Assembly (NCBI GenBank): GCA_035606545.1
Contig: DATNFC010000162.1
Location: 1-62,220 of the forward strand
DNA: 62,220 nucleotides
DNA from: Candidatus Methylomirabilota bacterium
Lineage (GTDB): Bacteria > Eisenbacteria > RBG-16-71-46
Direction of reading: 5' to 3'
In this document: positions 9,185 through 17,003 of the stretch, piece by piece
How the letters are laid out: each line of letters begins with the position of its first letter
Numbering within the stretch: the stretch's first letter is position 1
Program-made: the position numbers and the translations under genes
Notes under the pieces: model-generated
What the model saw: the letters and a program-made list of their open reading frames with translations, nothing else
What the model was told of the DNA's origin: nothing
Databases searched by the model: none

Positions 9185-9750
9185 CGGTGCTCCTCCTGAG
9201 CCTTGCTCGCAGCGGTGCGCTTCGCCAGCTCGGGGACGAGCCGCAAGGCATGCCATGCGAGTGCCAACCGTGCGCACTCGCTCACGGCGCGCGACGTGAG
9301 CGAGGCGCCCGCGATGGGCGGCACGTTCGCATGGGCGCCCTTGAAACGCGCGAGCCAGCGCTCGCTCGGCCGGTAGTCCGGCGGCTCGAAGAACGCGAGC
9401 ACGTCGATGCGCGCCACGGTCGTGTCGGGTGCGATCGTGGTCATGAGCAGAGCTTCGCGCGTGCGCACCACGCGGCGGTCGGTGTAGGCGGTGCCCACGA
9501 GCGTGTCGCCGTGCCAGGCCACGTACGCCGTGACCAGCCGCGCCTCGCAGCGCGCGTGTGCGCGCTGCTCCACGGCCTTCACGTCGGTTGCGGAGAGCGC
9601 GAGCGCAAGCTGCTCGATGCGCGCACCCGGGAACGCGCGCGCGAGTGCTTCGTCGAGCGGCGTGAGCGTGGACGCGGGCGCGCCGCTCGCGGCGAGCGCC
9701 ACGCCCACGATCACGAGCCCGATGCCGAGCCGGGGGTTCAGAACAGCCAC
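9181..9750 (-). CDS. Exported FMN-binding-domain protein (predicted ApbE substrate)
   Basis: GTG 9750. Signal peptide LGIGLVIVGVALAASGAPA. The C-terminal block VARIDVLAFFEPPDY...FKG...PPIAGASLTSRAV resembles the FMN_bind domain with the GA[ST] flavinylation motif (codons 9301-9315). Confidence 0.7.
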   Translation of the reverse strand: MAVLNPRLGIGLVIVGVALAASGAPASTLTPLDEALARAFPGARIEQLALALSATDVKAVEQRAHARCEARLVTAYVAWHGDTLVGTAYTDRRVVRTREALLMTTIAPDTTVARIDVLAFFEPPDYRPSERWLARFKGAHANVPPIAGASLTSRAVSECARLALAWHALRLVPELAKRTAASKAQEEHR

Positions 9751-11102
9751 CCCAGCGCCACGTTCCAGCGACTGGTCTCGCCGTCGCCATCGCTCCGGCG
9801 CTGCTCGCGGTCGGCCTTCGCGACCACGTTCGGGTGCGGCTTCACCGCAAGGCCGAACAGCAGCACGCTGCGCGCAAGCGCGGGATCTTCATCGCCACCG
9901 GGGACTTCCTCCTGTGAGTCGAGCGTCTCGGCGCGCAGATACGGCGCAATCGCCCAGCGCGTGCCGGGCCACGCGAGCGGCGCCACGTCGTACCCGGCCT
10001 CGATGTAGCCGCCGGAGAAACGCTCGCCCAATCGCTCCTGTCCGGTGAGGCCCAGCTCATCCGAGAGCGCGCCCGCGTCGCCGAGGCTGCCCCTGGTCCA
10101 CAGCCCGCGCGCCTCGAGCCCACGCCACGCCAGCGTCGCGTGCAGGTCATAGAGCGTGACGCGCGCGGAGAGCGGCACACCCGTGGGGCGTGCTTCCTGC
10201 CACGAGTCGCCGGTGAACACGGACACGCCCGCGAGCAGCCCCGGCGTGCCCTTCCAGTCGAGCCGTCCCGTGAGCGCCGGGTGCGTGAACACCGCCTGCG
10301 AGCCGTTCTGGCGGCCGCCGCGAATCGGGACCGCGGCGCGGAACTCCCGCGCATCCAGTCCTTCCATGAGATAGGCGCGCCATTCGAGGCCGGCGGTGGT
10401 CTGCCCGTAGAAACCCGCGCCGGCGCCGGACCACGTGCTCGGGATCAGGATCGTCTCCACGTCGGGCCGTCGCGCGCCGTAGAACACCGGCGGCTCGTGC
10501 TGCTCGTTCACGAGGCCCACCGGCACGAGCATCTTGCCCGCGCGCACGCCCAACCACGGCTTCGCCTGCCAGTCGAGGTAGCCGAACTCCATCACCACCT
10601 CGCCCGAGAGCTCGGCTTCGCCCTCACCGGTAATCGGATCCACCTCGGCCACGGCCTCGTCCTTGATGCCCGCGTGCTCGAACTCGATCTCGGAGTTGAA
10701 CAGCAGCTCGGGCGTGAACTTGTAGCCGACGTAGAACACCGCACGCAGCAGGTCGGCGCTCGGGCGCTGGCCTGACGGCGCACCGCCCTCGGTCTCGCCA
10801 TCCGGCGAGCTGAAGAGCGCCTCACCGTAGCCGCCGATCGACGCTCCGACCGGGTGGTCGTAGATGCGCGAGGCGGCCGGCGCGAAGCCGTGCCGAGATG
10901 CGCGCGTCACCGACGTGTCGGGAGCCGCGGCGCCCAGCTTCAGGCGTTCGATCTCGGCGAGCGCTGCGTCCAGCTTCTTCTCGGCCGCGTCGAGCCGGTC
11001 GCTCGTGGCATCGGCGCTGGCTGGCGAAGCGGGGGCGAGCATGAGCAGCGAGGGCAGGAGAAGCAGCGCGGTGAACAACGTGAGCAGTCGGGGGAGTCTC
11101 AT
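9738..11102 (-). CDS. Outer-membrane beta-barrel porin with N-terminal coiled coil
   Basis: ATG 11102 forms an ATGA overlap with the apbE stop. Signal peptide MRLPRLLTLFTALLLLPSLLMLAPASPASA. Coiled coil DRLDAAEKKLDAALAEIERLKL. Alternating-strand pattern ending NVALGWLF (terminal Phe). Confidence 0.7.
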   Translation of the reverse strand: MRLPRLLTLFTALLLLPSLLMLAPASPASADATSDRLDAAEKKLDAALAEIERLKLGAAAPDTSVTRASRHGFAPAASRIYDHPVGASIGGYGEALFSSPDGETEGGAPSGQRPSADLLRAVFYVGYKFTPELLFNSEIEFEHAGIKDEAVAEVDPITGEGEAELSGEVVMEFGYLDWQAKPWLGVRAGKMLVPVGLVNEQHEPPVFYGARRPDVETILIPSTWSGAGAGFYGQTTAGLEWRAYLMEGLDAREFRAAVPIRGGRQNGSQAVFTHPALTGRLDWKGTPGLLAGVSVFTGDSWQEARPTGVPLSARVTLYDLHATLAWRGLEARGLWTRGSLGDAGALSDELGLTGQERLGERFSGGYIEAGYDVAPLAWPGTRWAIAPYLRAETLDSQEEVPGGDEDPALARSVLLFGLAVKPHPNVVAKADREQRRSDGDGETSRWNVALGWLF

Positions 11103-12127
11103 GGGTTCGTGCGGTTCCTTGCGAGTGGGGTTGAGGGTGACGGCAGCAGCGTGACGAACGGGGCGGTCGCGACGACAGCGAGGTTCCAGGCTTCGGCGAC
11201 GATGCGCGTGCCTTCCGGCTCGAGCCAGAGCACGCCCAGCTCGGGGTGCGCGGTGGCGAATCGACGTGCGCGCTCGCGGCCCATGACGAGCAACGCGGTG
11301 GAGAGCGCGTCGGCGCGCGTGCCTGAGCATGCGAACACGCTCACCGAGGCGCGCGTCGCGACGGGTTGGCCGGTCTGCGGGTCCACCACGTGGCCGATGC
11401 GGTTCCCGCCGCGGCGAAGACTGTGCTCCGACTGCGCACTGGTGCTGAGCGAGCCGGGACCGAGCACGAGCAGCACGCTCGCGCGGTCGCGCTCAACCGG
11501 GTGCGCCACCCACACGCTGCACGGTTCCGCGCCCAGCAGCAGCCGCTGGCCGCCCGCGTCGAGCGAAGCCGAGAGCACGCCGCGCGCGCGCAGCGTGCTC
11601 AGCGCGCGGTCGAGCGCGAAGCCCTTGGCGATGCCGCCGAGATCGAGTCGCGTGCCACCGAGCGTCACGTGCGGGCCAGCGAGCGAGAGCCGGCGCCAGC
11701 CGACGCCCGCGCGTGCCGCGGACAGCTCCGATGCGCTCGGCACACGGCCCTCGCCGCGCAGGTCCCAGGCGAGCGTGAGCGCTTCCACCGTGGGATCGAA
11801 CGCGCCGTCGGTGGTTTCAGCCAGCGCGCGCGCCGAGTCGAGAACCGCGAAGAGCGGGTCCGACACCTCGCCCTCGCCCGCTGCGTTCAGCCGCGACAGC
11901 TCGCTCGCGTCGCTCCAGTTGCTCAGCCGACGTTCGAGCGAAGCGACCGTGTCGAGCGCGGCATCGATCGCAGGCGCTGCATCGTGGCTCTCGGCCGTGA
12001 ACGTCCACAGCGTGCCCATGAGCCAGCGCGCACGCGTGGCCGACTCGGCGGCCGCCGGCCGCGGCGCACACACGCACGCCACCACAGCGCCGGCCAGCAG
12101 CCAGCGCTGTGCCCCGACTGCGATCAT
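11099..12127 (-). CDS. apbE: FAD:protein FMN transferase (ApbE family)
   Basis: ATG 12127 forms an ATGA overlap with the regulator stop. Motifs: RLSNWSDASELSRLN, GAFDPTV, LDLGGIAKGFALD, GHVVDPQTGQP, RADALSTAL. Confidence 0.9.
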   Translation of the reverse strand: MIAVGAQRWLLAGAVVACVCAPRPAAAESATRARWLMGTLWTFTAESHDAAPAIDAALDTVASLERRLSNWSDASELSRLNAAGEGEVSDPLFAVLDSARALAETTDGAFDPTVEALTLAWDLRGEGRVPSASELSAARAGVGWRRLSLAGPHVTLGGTRLDLGGIAKGFALDRALSTLRARGVLSASLDAGGQRLLLGAEPCSVWVAHPVERDRASVLLVLGPGSLSTSAQSEHSLRRGGNRIGHVVDPQTGQPVATRASVSVFACSGTRADALSTALLVMGRERARRFATAHPELGVLWLEPEGTRIVAEAWNLAVVATAPFVTLLPSPSTPLARNRTNP

Positions 12128-12639
12128 CGTGGCGGGGCTGTGAGGCAGGCGAGCCCGCAGTCGGCGCACGCGCGCGACGGACCGCACGAGCGATGGAACG
12201 CGTCGAAGCGGGCGCGGAACAGGCTCCCGACCTCGCGGTCCTCCTGCAGCAGCTTCAAGAAGTCGACGATGCGCTCGGTCGTGGCGGCGCTCACGTCGTG
12301 CTCGATCAGGTCCGCCTCGCGTTCGGCCGTCGGCTTGGGAACGCGCAGCACATCGGAAAGGAACGAGCGCAGGACCACGAAGCGGTGGTGCACCTCTCGC
12401 GCCACGCGCTCGCCGGCCGGCGTGAGCAGCAGGAAGCGCTGGTCGTCGTGCGCCACCAGCCGTCTCGCCTCGAGCGGTTTCAATCCCACCGAGAGCGTGG
12501 CCGGGGTCACATCGAGTTCGCGCGCGAGGTCTGCGAGCCGGGCGTAGCCGCGGCGGGAGCGCACCTCCCAGATCGCGCGCAGGTAGTGCTCCTGGCTGGG
12601 GGTGAGGTCGCGGTCGTGTGCGTGCTTGCCGGAGAGCAT
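12124..12639 (-). CDS. DtxR/MntR-family metal-dependent transcriptional regulator with a Cys4 C-terminal tail
   Basis: wHTH EHYLRAIWEVRSRRGYARLADLARELDVTPATLSVGLKPLE. Metal/dimerisation region VHHRF...EADLIEHDVS. Tail is SCGPSRACADCGLAC instead of an SH3-like domain. Confidence 0.85.
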   Translation of the reverse strand: MLSGKHAHDRDLTPSQEHYLRAIWEVRSRRGYARLADLARELDVTPATLSVGLKPLEARRLVAHDDQRFLLLTPAGERVAREVHHRFVVLRSFLSDVLRVPKPTAEREADLIEHDVSAATTERIVDFLKLLQEDREVGSLFRARFDAFHRSCGPSRACADCGLACLTAPPR

Positions 12640-12692
12640 GGGATGGCCCCACAGTGCTGGGGTGGGTGCGTTTCAGGGACAACAACCAAGCG

Positions 12693-12706
12693 TTAGGTGT
12701 GCCTAA
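12693..12706. promoter_or_regulatory. Candidate DtxR-family operator (TTAGG-N4-CCTAA)
   Basis: TTAGGTGTGCCTAA in the divergent intergenic region. TTAGG/CCTAA are the outer arms of the classical DtxR/IdeR box. It overlaps the predicted -10 of the minus-strand promoter. Confidence 0.45.
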
Positions 12707-12731
12707 TACCAGCGGTCCCGGCACCCGTCAA
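12703..12731 (-). promoter_or_regulatory. Sigma70-like promoter of the regulator-apbE-porin operon
   Basis: On the minus strand: TTGACG (12731-12726), 17-nt spacer, TATTAG (12708-12703). The same TTGACG -35 occurs at the 39187 promoter. Confidence 0.45.
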
Positions 12732-12745
12732 GGCCCGCCACCACG

Positions 12746-13984
12746 ATGACGTTCGACAACATCGCCCCGTTGCTGTTCCAGACGCTGTGCACGCTGGCGC
12801 TCTCGACCGTGCACTTCGGTCTCTGGCGCCAGCGGCGCCAGGCGTTCCACGCCACGTGGGCCGTCGCCTGGGCCGTGTACGCCCTGCGACTCGTTTTCAT
12901 CTCGGCGTACATCGAGAAGCGCGAGCTGGGCTGGCTGTTCGCTCACCAGGTGGTGACGTTCGGCTCGGGGCTGCTGCTGCTGTGGGCGGCGCTCCAGTTC
13001 GCCACGCAGGTGCGCTGGCGAGCGCGTTACGCGCTCGCGCCCATCCTCGCCGCCGCGTGGGCCTGGTACAGCGTGTTCGTGATTCACGACATGTTCACCG
13101 CCGGACTGTCCTCGGTGCTGCTGCTCTCGGCGGTGACGCTGGGCACCGCGTACGTGTTCATGCGCCACGACCGCGCCGCCCCCTCGACCGGCGCGCGGCT
13201 GCTGTCGTGGACGTTCCTGCTCTGGGGCCTCCACCACCTCGACTACCCGTTGCTGCGCGCGCAGGGCTCGGGCGTGCTGTTGGGCGTGTTCATGGACGTG
13301 ACGCTGCTGGTGCTCGTGGCCATGGGCACGCTGACGCTCGTGCTGGGCGAGGAGCGCACCACGCTCGCCCAGCGCTCGGCGCAGTTGGAGCAGCTTTCGG
13401 CGCTGCTGCTGCGCGCGCAGGAGGAGGAGCGGCGCCGGATCGCGCGCGAGTTGCACGACCAGGCCGGGCAGACGCTCACCGCGCTCAAGATCGAGCTGGA
13501 TCTCGAGGGCCGGAAGGAGGCCAGCACGCGCGTCGCCGAGGTGCTGGGGCAGATCCGCGACGTGAGCGAACTGCTGCGCCCGCGCGCGCTCGACGACCTC
13601 GGGCTCGTGCCCGCGCTGCGGGCGCTCGCGGCCGACTTCTCGCGGCGGACGAAGATCCCGGTCGAGATCGAGGGCGACGACACGCAGGGCTGGGCGCCCG
13701 AGACGGCGTTGACGCTCTACCGCGTGGCGCAGGAGGCACTCACGAACGTGGCCCGGCACTCGGGCGCCAAAGGGGCCTGGGTGCAGCTCGTGCGCGAGGG
13801 GGCCGCCTGCCGGCTGGTGATCGAGGACGACGGCCACGGCCTGCCCGAGGGCTTGAAGCCGCACCTGGGGCTCATGGGAATGCGCGAGCGCGTCACGGCC
13901 GCTGGTGGCACACTGCGGCTGGAGCCGGCGTCGAAAGGGGGACTGCGAGTGGAAGCCGATCTGCCCGTGGCGGTGCGCGCATGA
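12746..13984 (+). CDS. Membrane sensor histidine kinase (HisKA_3/NarX-DegS type)
   Basis: About six N-terminal TM helices without a large periplasmic loop. H-box EEERRRIARELHDQAGQTLTAL. HATPase blocks EALTNVARHS, IEDDGHGLP, GLMGMRERV. Confidence 0.9.
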   Translation: MTFDNIAPLLFQTLCTLALSTVHFGLWRQRRQAFHATWAVAWAVYALRLVFISAYIEKRELGWLFAHQVVTFGSGLLLLWAALQFATQVRWRARYALAPILAAAWAWYSVFVIHDMFTAGLSSVLLLSAVTLGTAYVFMRHDRAAPSTGARLLSWTFLLWGLHHLDYPLLRAQGSGVLLGVFMDVTLLVLVAMGTLTLVLGEERTTLAQRSAQLEQLSALLLRAQEEERRRIARELHDQAGQTLTALKIELDLEGRKEASTRVAEVLGQIRDVSELLRPRALDDLGLVPALRALAADFSRRTKIPVEIEGDDTQGWAPETALTLYRVAQEALTNVARHSGAKGAWVQLVREGAACRLVIEDDGHGLPEGLKPHLGLMGMRERVTAAGGTLRLEPASKGGLRVEADLPVAVRA

Positions 13985-14631
13985 GCGACAAGCGCGTGCG
14001 TGTGTTGCTTGCCGACGATCACGAACTGGTGCGCGCCGGCGTGCGCAAGGTGCTCGAGAGCTCACCCGGGATCGAGGTGGTGGGCGAGACCTCGCGCGGT
14101 GACGAGACGTTGAAGAAGCTCACCGAGCTCGAGCCCGACGTGCTGCTGCTCGACCTGAACATGCCGGGCGGCGACGGCTTCGAGGTGCTGCGCAAGGCCC
14201 GCGACGATGCGGGCGGCACCCGCATCGTGGTCCTGAGCCTGCACGTCCAGGCCGAGTATGTTTCGCGCGCCGTGCGCGACGGCGCCGACGGCTATCTCTC
14301 CAAGGACCTCGCGGTCGCGGAGCTGCCCGACGCCATCGCCAGCGTCATGGCGGGCAAGCCCTGGTATTCCGCCGCGGTGCAGGAGGTGCTCGCGAAGGTC
14401 GTGCGCACCGGCGGCGTGCGGCCGCTTGAGAAGCTGACGCCGCGCGAGCGCGAAGTGCTGGTGGGCATCGCGCGCGGGCTCACGTCCAAGGAGATCGGCT
14501 CGCAATTCAACATCAGCGCGCGCACGGTCGAGACCCACCGCGCGGCCCTCATGCGCAAACTCGACGTGCGCTCGATCGCGCTGCTGACCCAATTAGCGAT
14601 TCGCGAGGGATTGGTCGAGGGACCGGGGTGA
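13981..14631 (+). CDS. NarL/FixJ-family response regulator (REC + LuxR HTH)
   Basis: ATG 13981 forms an ATGA overlap with the kinase stop. Motifs: VLLADDHELVR, DVLLLDLNMPGGDG, LTPREREVL, SKEIGSQFNISARTVETHR. Confidence 0.92.
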   Translation: MSDKRVRVLLADDHELVRAGVRKVLESSPGIEVVGETSRGDETLKKLTELEPDVLLLDLNMPGGDGFEVLRKARDDAGGTRIVVLSLHVQAEYVSRAVRDGADGYLSKDLAVAELPDAIASVMAGKPWYSAAVQEVLAKVVRTGGVRPLEKLTPREREVLVGIARGLTSKEIGSQFNISARTVETHRAALMRKLDVRSIALLTQLAIREGLVEGPG

Positions 14632-14684
14632 ATTCGGCCCGAGCAGGCCTCCACATAAGTCGCAGTCCTGCTTTAGCTTGTTTA

Positions 14685-14713
14685 TCCACATCCGCCACGC
14701 TGCGTATTAATAC
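14685..14713 (+). promoter_or_regulatory. Possible promoter in the low-GC island upstream of the TonB-dependent receptor
   Basis: TCCACA, 17 nt, TAATAC within the AT-richest stretch of the 14632-14777 spacer. The match is weak. Confidence 0.25.
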
Positions 14714-14777
14714 TTAGCGACCCGCCCGCAACACTTCGAATAGAGCGGAGGTCGCTGCGCCGTCAATACTTGGCGCG

Positions 14778-17003
14778 ATGCGCTCGCCCCCCGTCCGTTT
14801 GGCCGTGCTCATTCCGGCGTTCGCTGCGGCGCTGTTCGGCGCGAAGGTGGTCAATGCCTCCCCAGGGCTTCCACTGGTCGCTGCCGACAGCGCCGGGGCG
14901 GACACCACGCGCCCGGCTCAGGTCCCCGCTGTATCTCCTGTCGATTCCACGCGTCAGGTGAGCACACCGGACACGGTCACGACGCACCGCCTGGGTGTGG
15001 CCGACACGATCACCACGCTGCCGCCCGTGCACGTCGAGGGCGACCGCGAGAACCCGAACGCCCGCTCCTCGGCCACATCGGTGCACCTGGACCGCGGAAC
15101 GATCGCGCGCTTCCAGCCGATGACGGTCGCCGACGCGCTCCTCGCCGCACCGGGGCTCTACGTGTCGCGCACCGGGCCGTGGGCGTCGCACATCTCGATG
15201 CGCGGACTCTCGGGCGAGCGCGTGCTCGTGCTCGTGGACGGCATGCGCCTGCAGACGGGACGCGGCCACGGCGCGCAGACCTCGCTCGTCGCCATCGACC
15301 GGCTGGAATCCGTGGACGTGCTCCCGGGCGCATCGGGTGCCCTGTATGGCTCCGACGCGCTCGGCGGCGTGGTCGAGCTGAACACGCACCACAACCTGCT
15401 CACCGAGCGCGCGGCCACGGTCATGCTCGTCGCGCACTCGGCCACGCCCGGCGAGGAGAACTCGGCAACGGGCCGGCTGCGCTACACGTCGCCCGTCTTC
15501 GGCGCCGAGTTCTGGGCCGGGGCGGGGGGGCTGGATGCGCTCGTGACTCCCGACGGCCGCGTGCCCAACAGCAGCTATCACGAGTACGACATCTCCGGTC
15601 GTGTGACCGCGAAACTCTGGACCTCGATGCTCGACTTCGAGCACACGCAGCACGAGACGCGCGACATCCAGCTGCCGGCGTTCAGCGATCTGGCCGGCTC
15701 GCACGCCGAGTTCCCGCTCCAGGGACGCGAGGCCAACCGGCTGGAGTGGTCGATGCCCGCCGCCGGTCGCCGCCCCGAGATGCGCGTGCTCGCCAACAAC
15801 CAGCGCTTCCGCACGAACTTCGTGGAGACGACCGTGGACAGCCAGTTCTTCCGCGGCCGCTACATCGCGACCAGGAACACACGCGCCGACGATCGCATCA
15901 CCACCACGTCCAGCGGCGTGCAGCCGTCGCTCACGATCGGCGTCCTCAAGCTGAACGGCGAATACCGCCGCGAAACGACACAGGGCCCCCGCTACACCGA
16001 CGTCAGCATCGTGAACACGTCGGGTGTGCAGACGAGCGCCACGCGCGAGCCCGGTGAGTCCATGCCGACGGCCACGCGCGACGTGCTCGCGGGGGCGGGG
16101 TACGTCGGATGGACGACGTGGAAGCATCTGCGGCTCGAGTCCGGCCTGCGCTACGACTGGCTCCGCTCCAGCGCCGACTCGACGCCGCAGAGTTTCACGC
16201 GCGAGCTGAACGTCACCGACCAGCGCTGGAGCGGCGAGGGTGGCCTCTCGCGTGCGTTCGGTGCGGTGACGCCGTACGGGCGCATCGCGACGGGCTTCCG
16301 CGCGCCGAACCTGGAAGAGCGTTACTTCAACGACGACATCCACGGCGGCCTGAGGCTGTTCGGGAACCCCGACCTGGTCGCCGAGCGCACGTACAGCACG
16401 GAGGTGGGCGTGCGCACGGGCGAGATGGCCGGCGGCCGGCTGATCGCCGCGCGCGTCTCGGCGTACCGCTCGCGCGTGGACGAACTGATCACGCTCAAGT
16501 ACCTGGGCCAGCTCTACCTCATCCCACGCTTCCAGTACACGAACGTGCACAAGGCGAGGCTGGACGGCATCGAGATGCAGGTGGACGGCAAGCTGGGCTG
16601 GCTGCGCGCAAGCGCGAACGCCGCGTTCCCGCGCGGCCGCGATCTCGAGACCGGCGTCACGATCCCCGACCTGGGCGCGGCGCGCGCGACGCTCGACCTG
16701 CGCATGCCGGTGGCGCGCGTGCTGCCGAACGGAGCGTTCGCGCTCCGCATCCGCTGGACCGACGCCAGCGCGCAGGACGACGTGAACCTGGCGCGCGCCG
16801 CATCGTGGTATGCCGCCACGGAACTTGCGTGCGTGGCCTGGGGGACGCGCATCTCCCTGGCCGTGACGAACCTCACGAACACCCGTTATCGCGAGCCGCT
16901 GAGCTTCATCCCCGCGCCCGGCCGCACCGTGCTGCTCTCGTTGCGGCGCGAGATGGCGCTCCCGTGGCCTCGCGTCGCTCATGACCCCGGAATGCGTCCA
17001 TGA
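14778..17003 (+). CDS. TonB-dependent outer-membrane receptor
   Basis: Signal peptide. Plug motifs TVADALLAAPGLYVSRTG, ISMRGLSGERVLVLVDGMRL, ESVDVLPGASGALYGSDALGGVV. Long beta-barrel with NLTNTRYREP near the end. Confidence 0.9.
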   Translation: MRSPPVRLAVLIPAFAAALFGAKVVNASPGLPLVAADSAGADTTRPAQVPAVSPVDSTRQVSTPDTVTTHRLGVADTITTLPPVHVEGDRENPNARSSATSVHLDRGTIARFQPMTVADALLAAPGLYVSRTGPWASHISMRGLSGERVLVLVDGMRLQTGRGHGAQTSLVAIDRLESVDVLPGASGALYGSDALGGVVELNTHHNLLTERAATVMLVAHSATPGEENSATGRLRYTSPVFGAEFWAGAGGLDALVTPDGRVPNSSYHEYDISGRVTAKLWTSMLDFEHTQHETRDIQLPAFSDLAGSHAEFPLQGREANRLEWSMPAAGRRPEMRVLANNQRFRTNFVETTVDSQFFRGRYIATRNTRADDRITTTSSGVQPSLTIGVLKLNGEYRRETTQGPRYTDVSIVNTSGVQTSATREPGESMPTATRDVLAGAGYVGWTTWKHLRLESGLRYDWLRSSADSTPQSFTRELNVTDQRWSGEGGLSRAFGAVTPYGRIATGFRAPNLEERYFNDDIHGGLRLFGNPDLVAERTYSTEVGVRTGEMAGGRLIAARVSAYRSRVDELITLKYLGQLYLIPRFQYTNVHKARLDGIEMQVDGKLGWLRASANAAFPRGRDLETGVTIPDLGAARATLDLRMPVARVLPNGAFALRIRWTDASAQDDVNLARAASWYAATELACVAWGTRISLAVTNLTNTRYREPLSFIPAPGRTVLLSLRREMALPWPRVAHDPGMRP

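Noticed and set aside
14632-14777. Cobalamin or other riboswitch upstream of the TonB-dependent receptor.
   Set aside because: The spacer is only 146 nt, has no B12-box-like GCCACTG core, and shows no extended conserved-looking helices.
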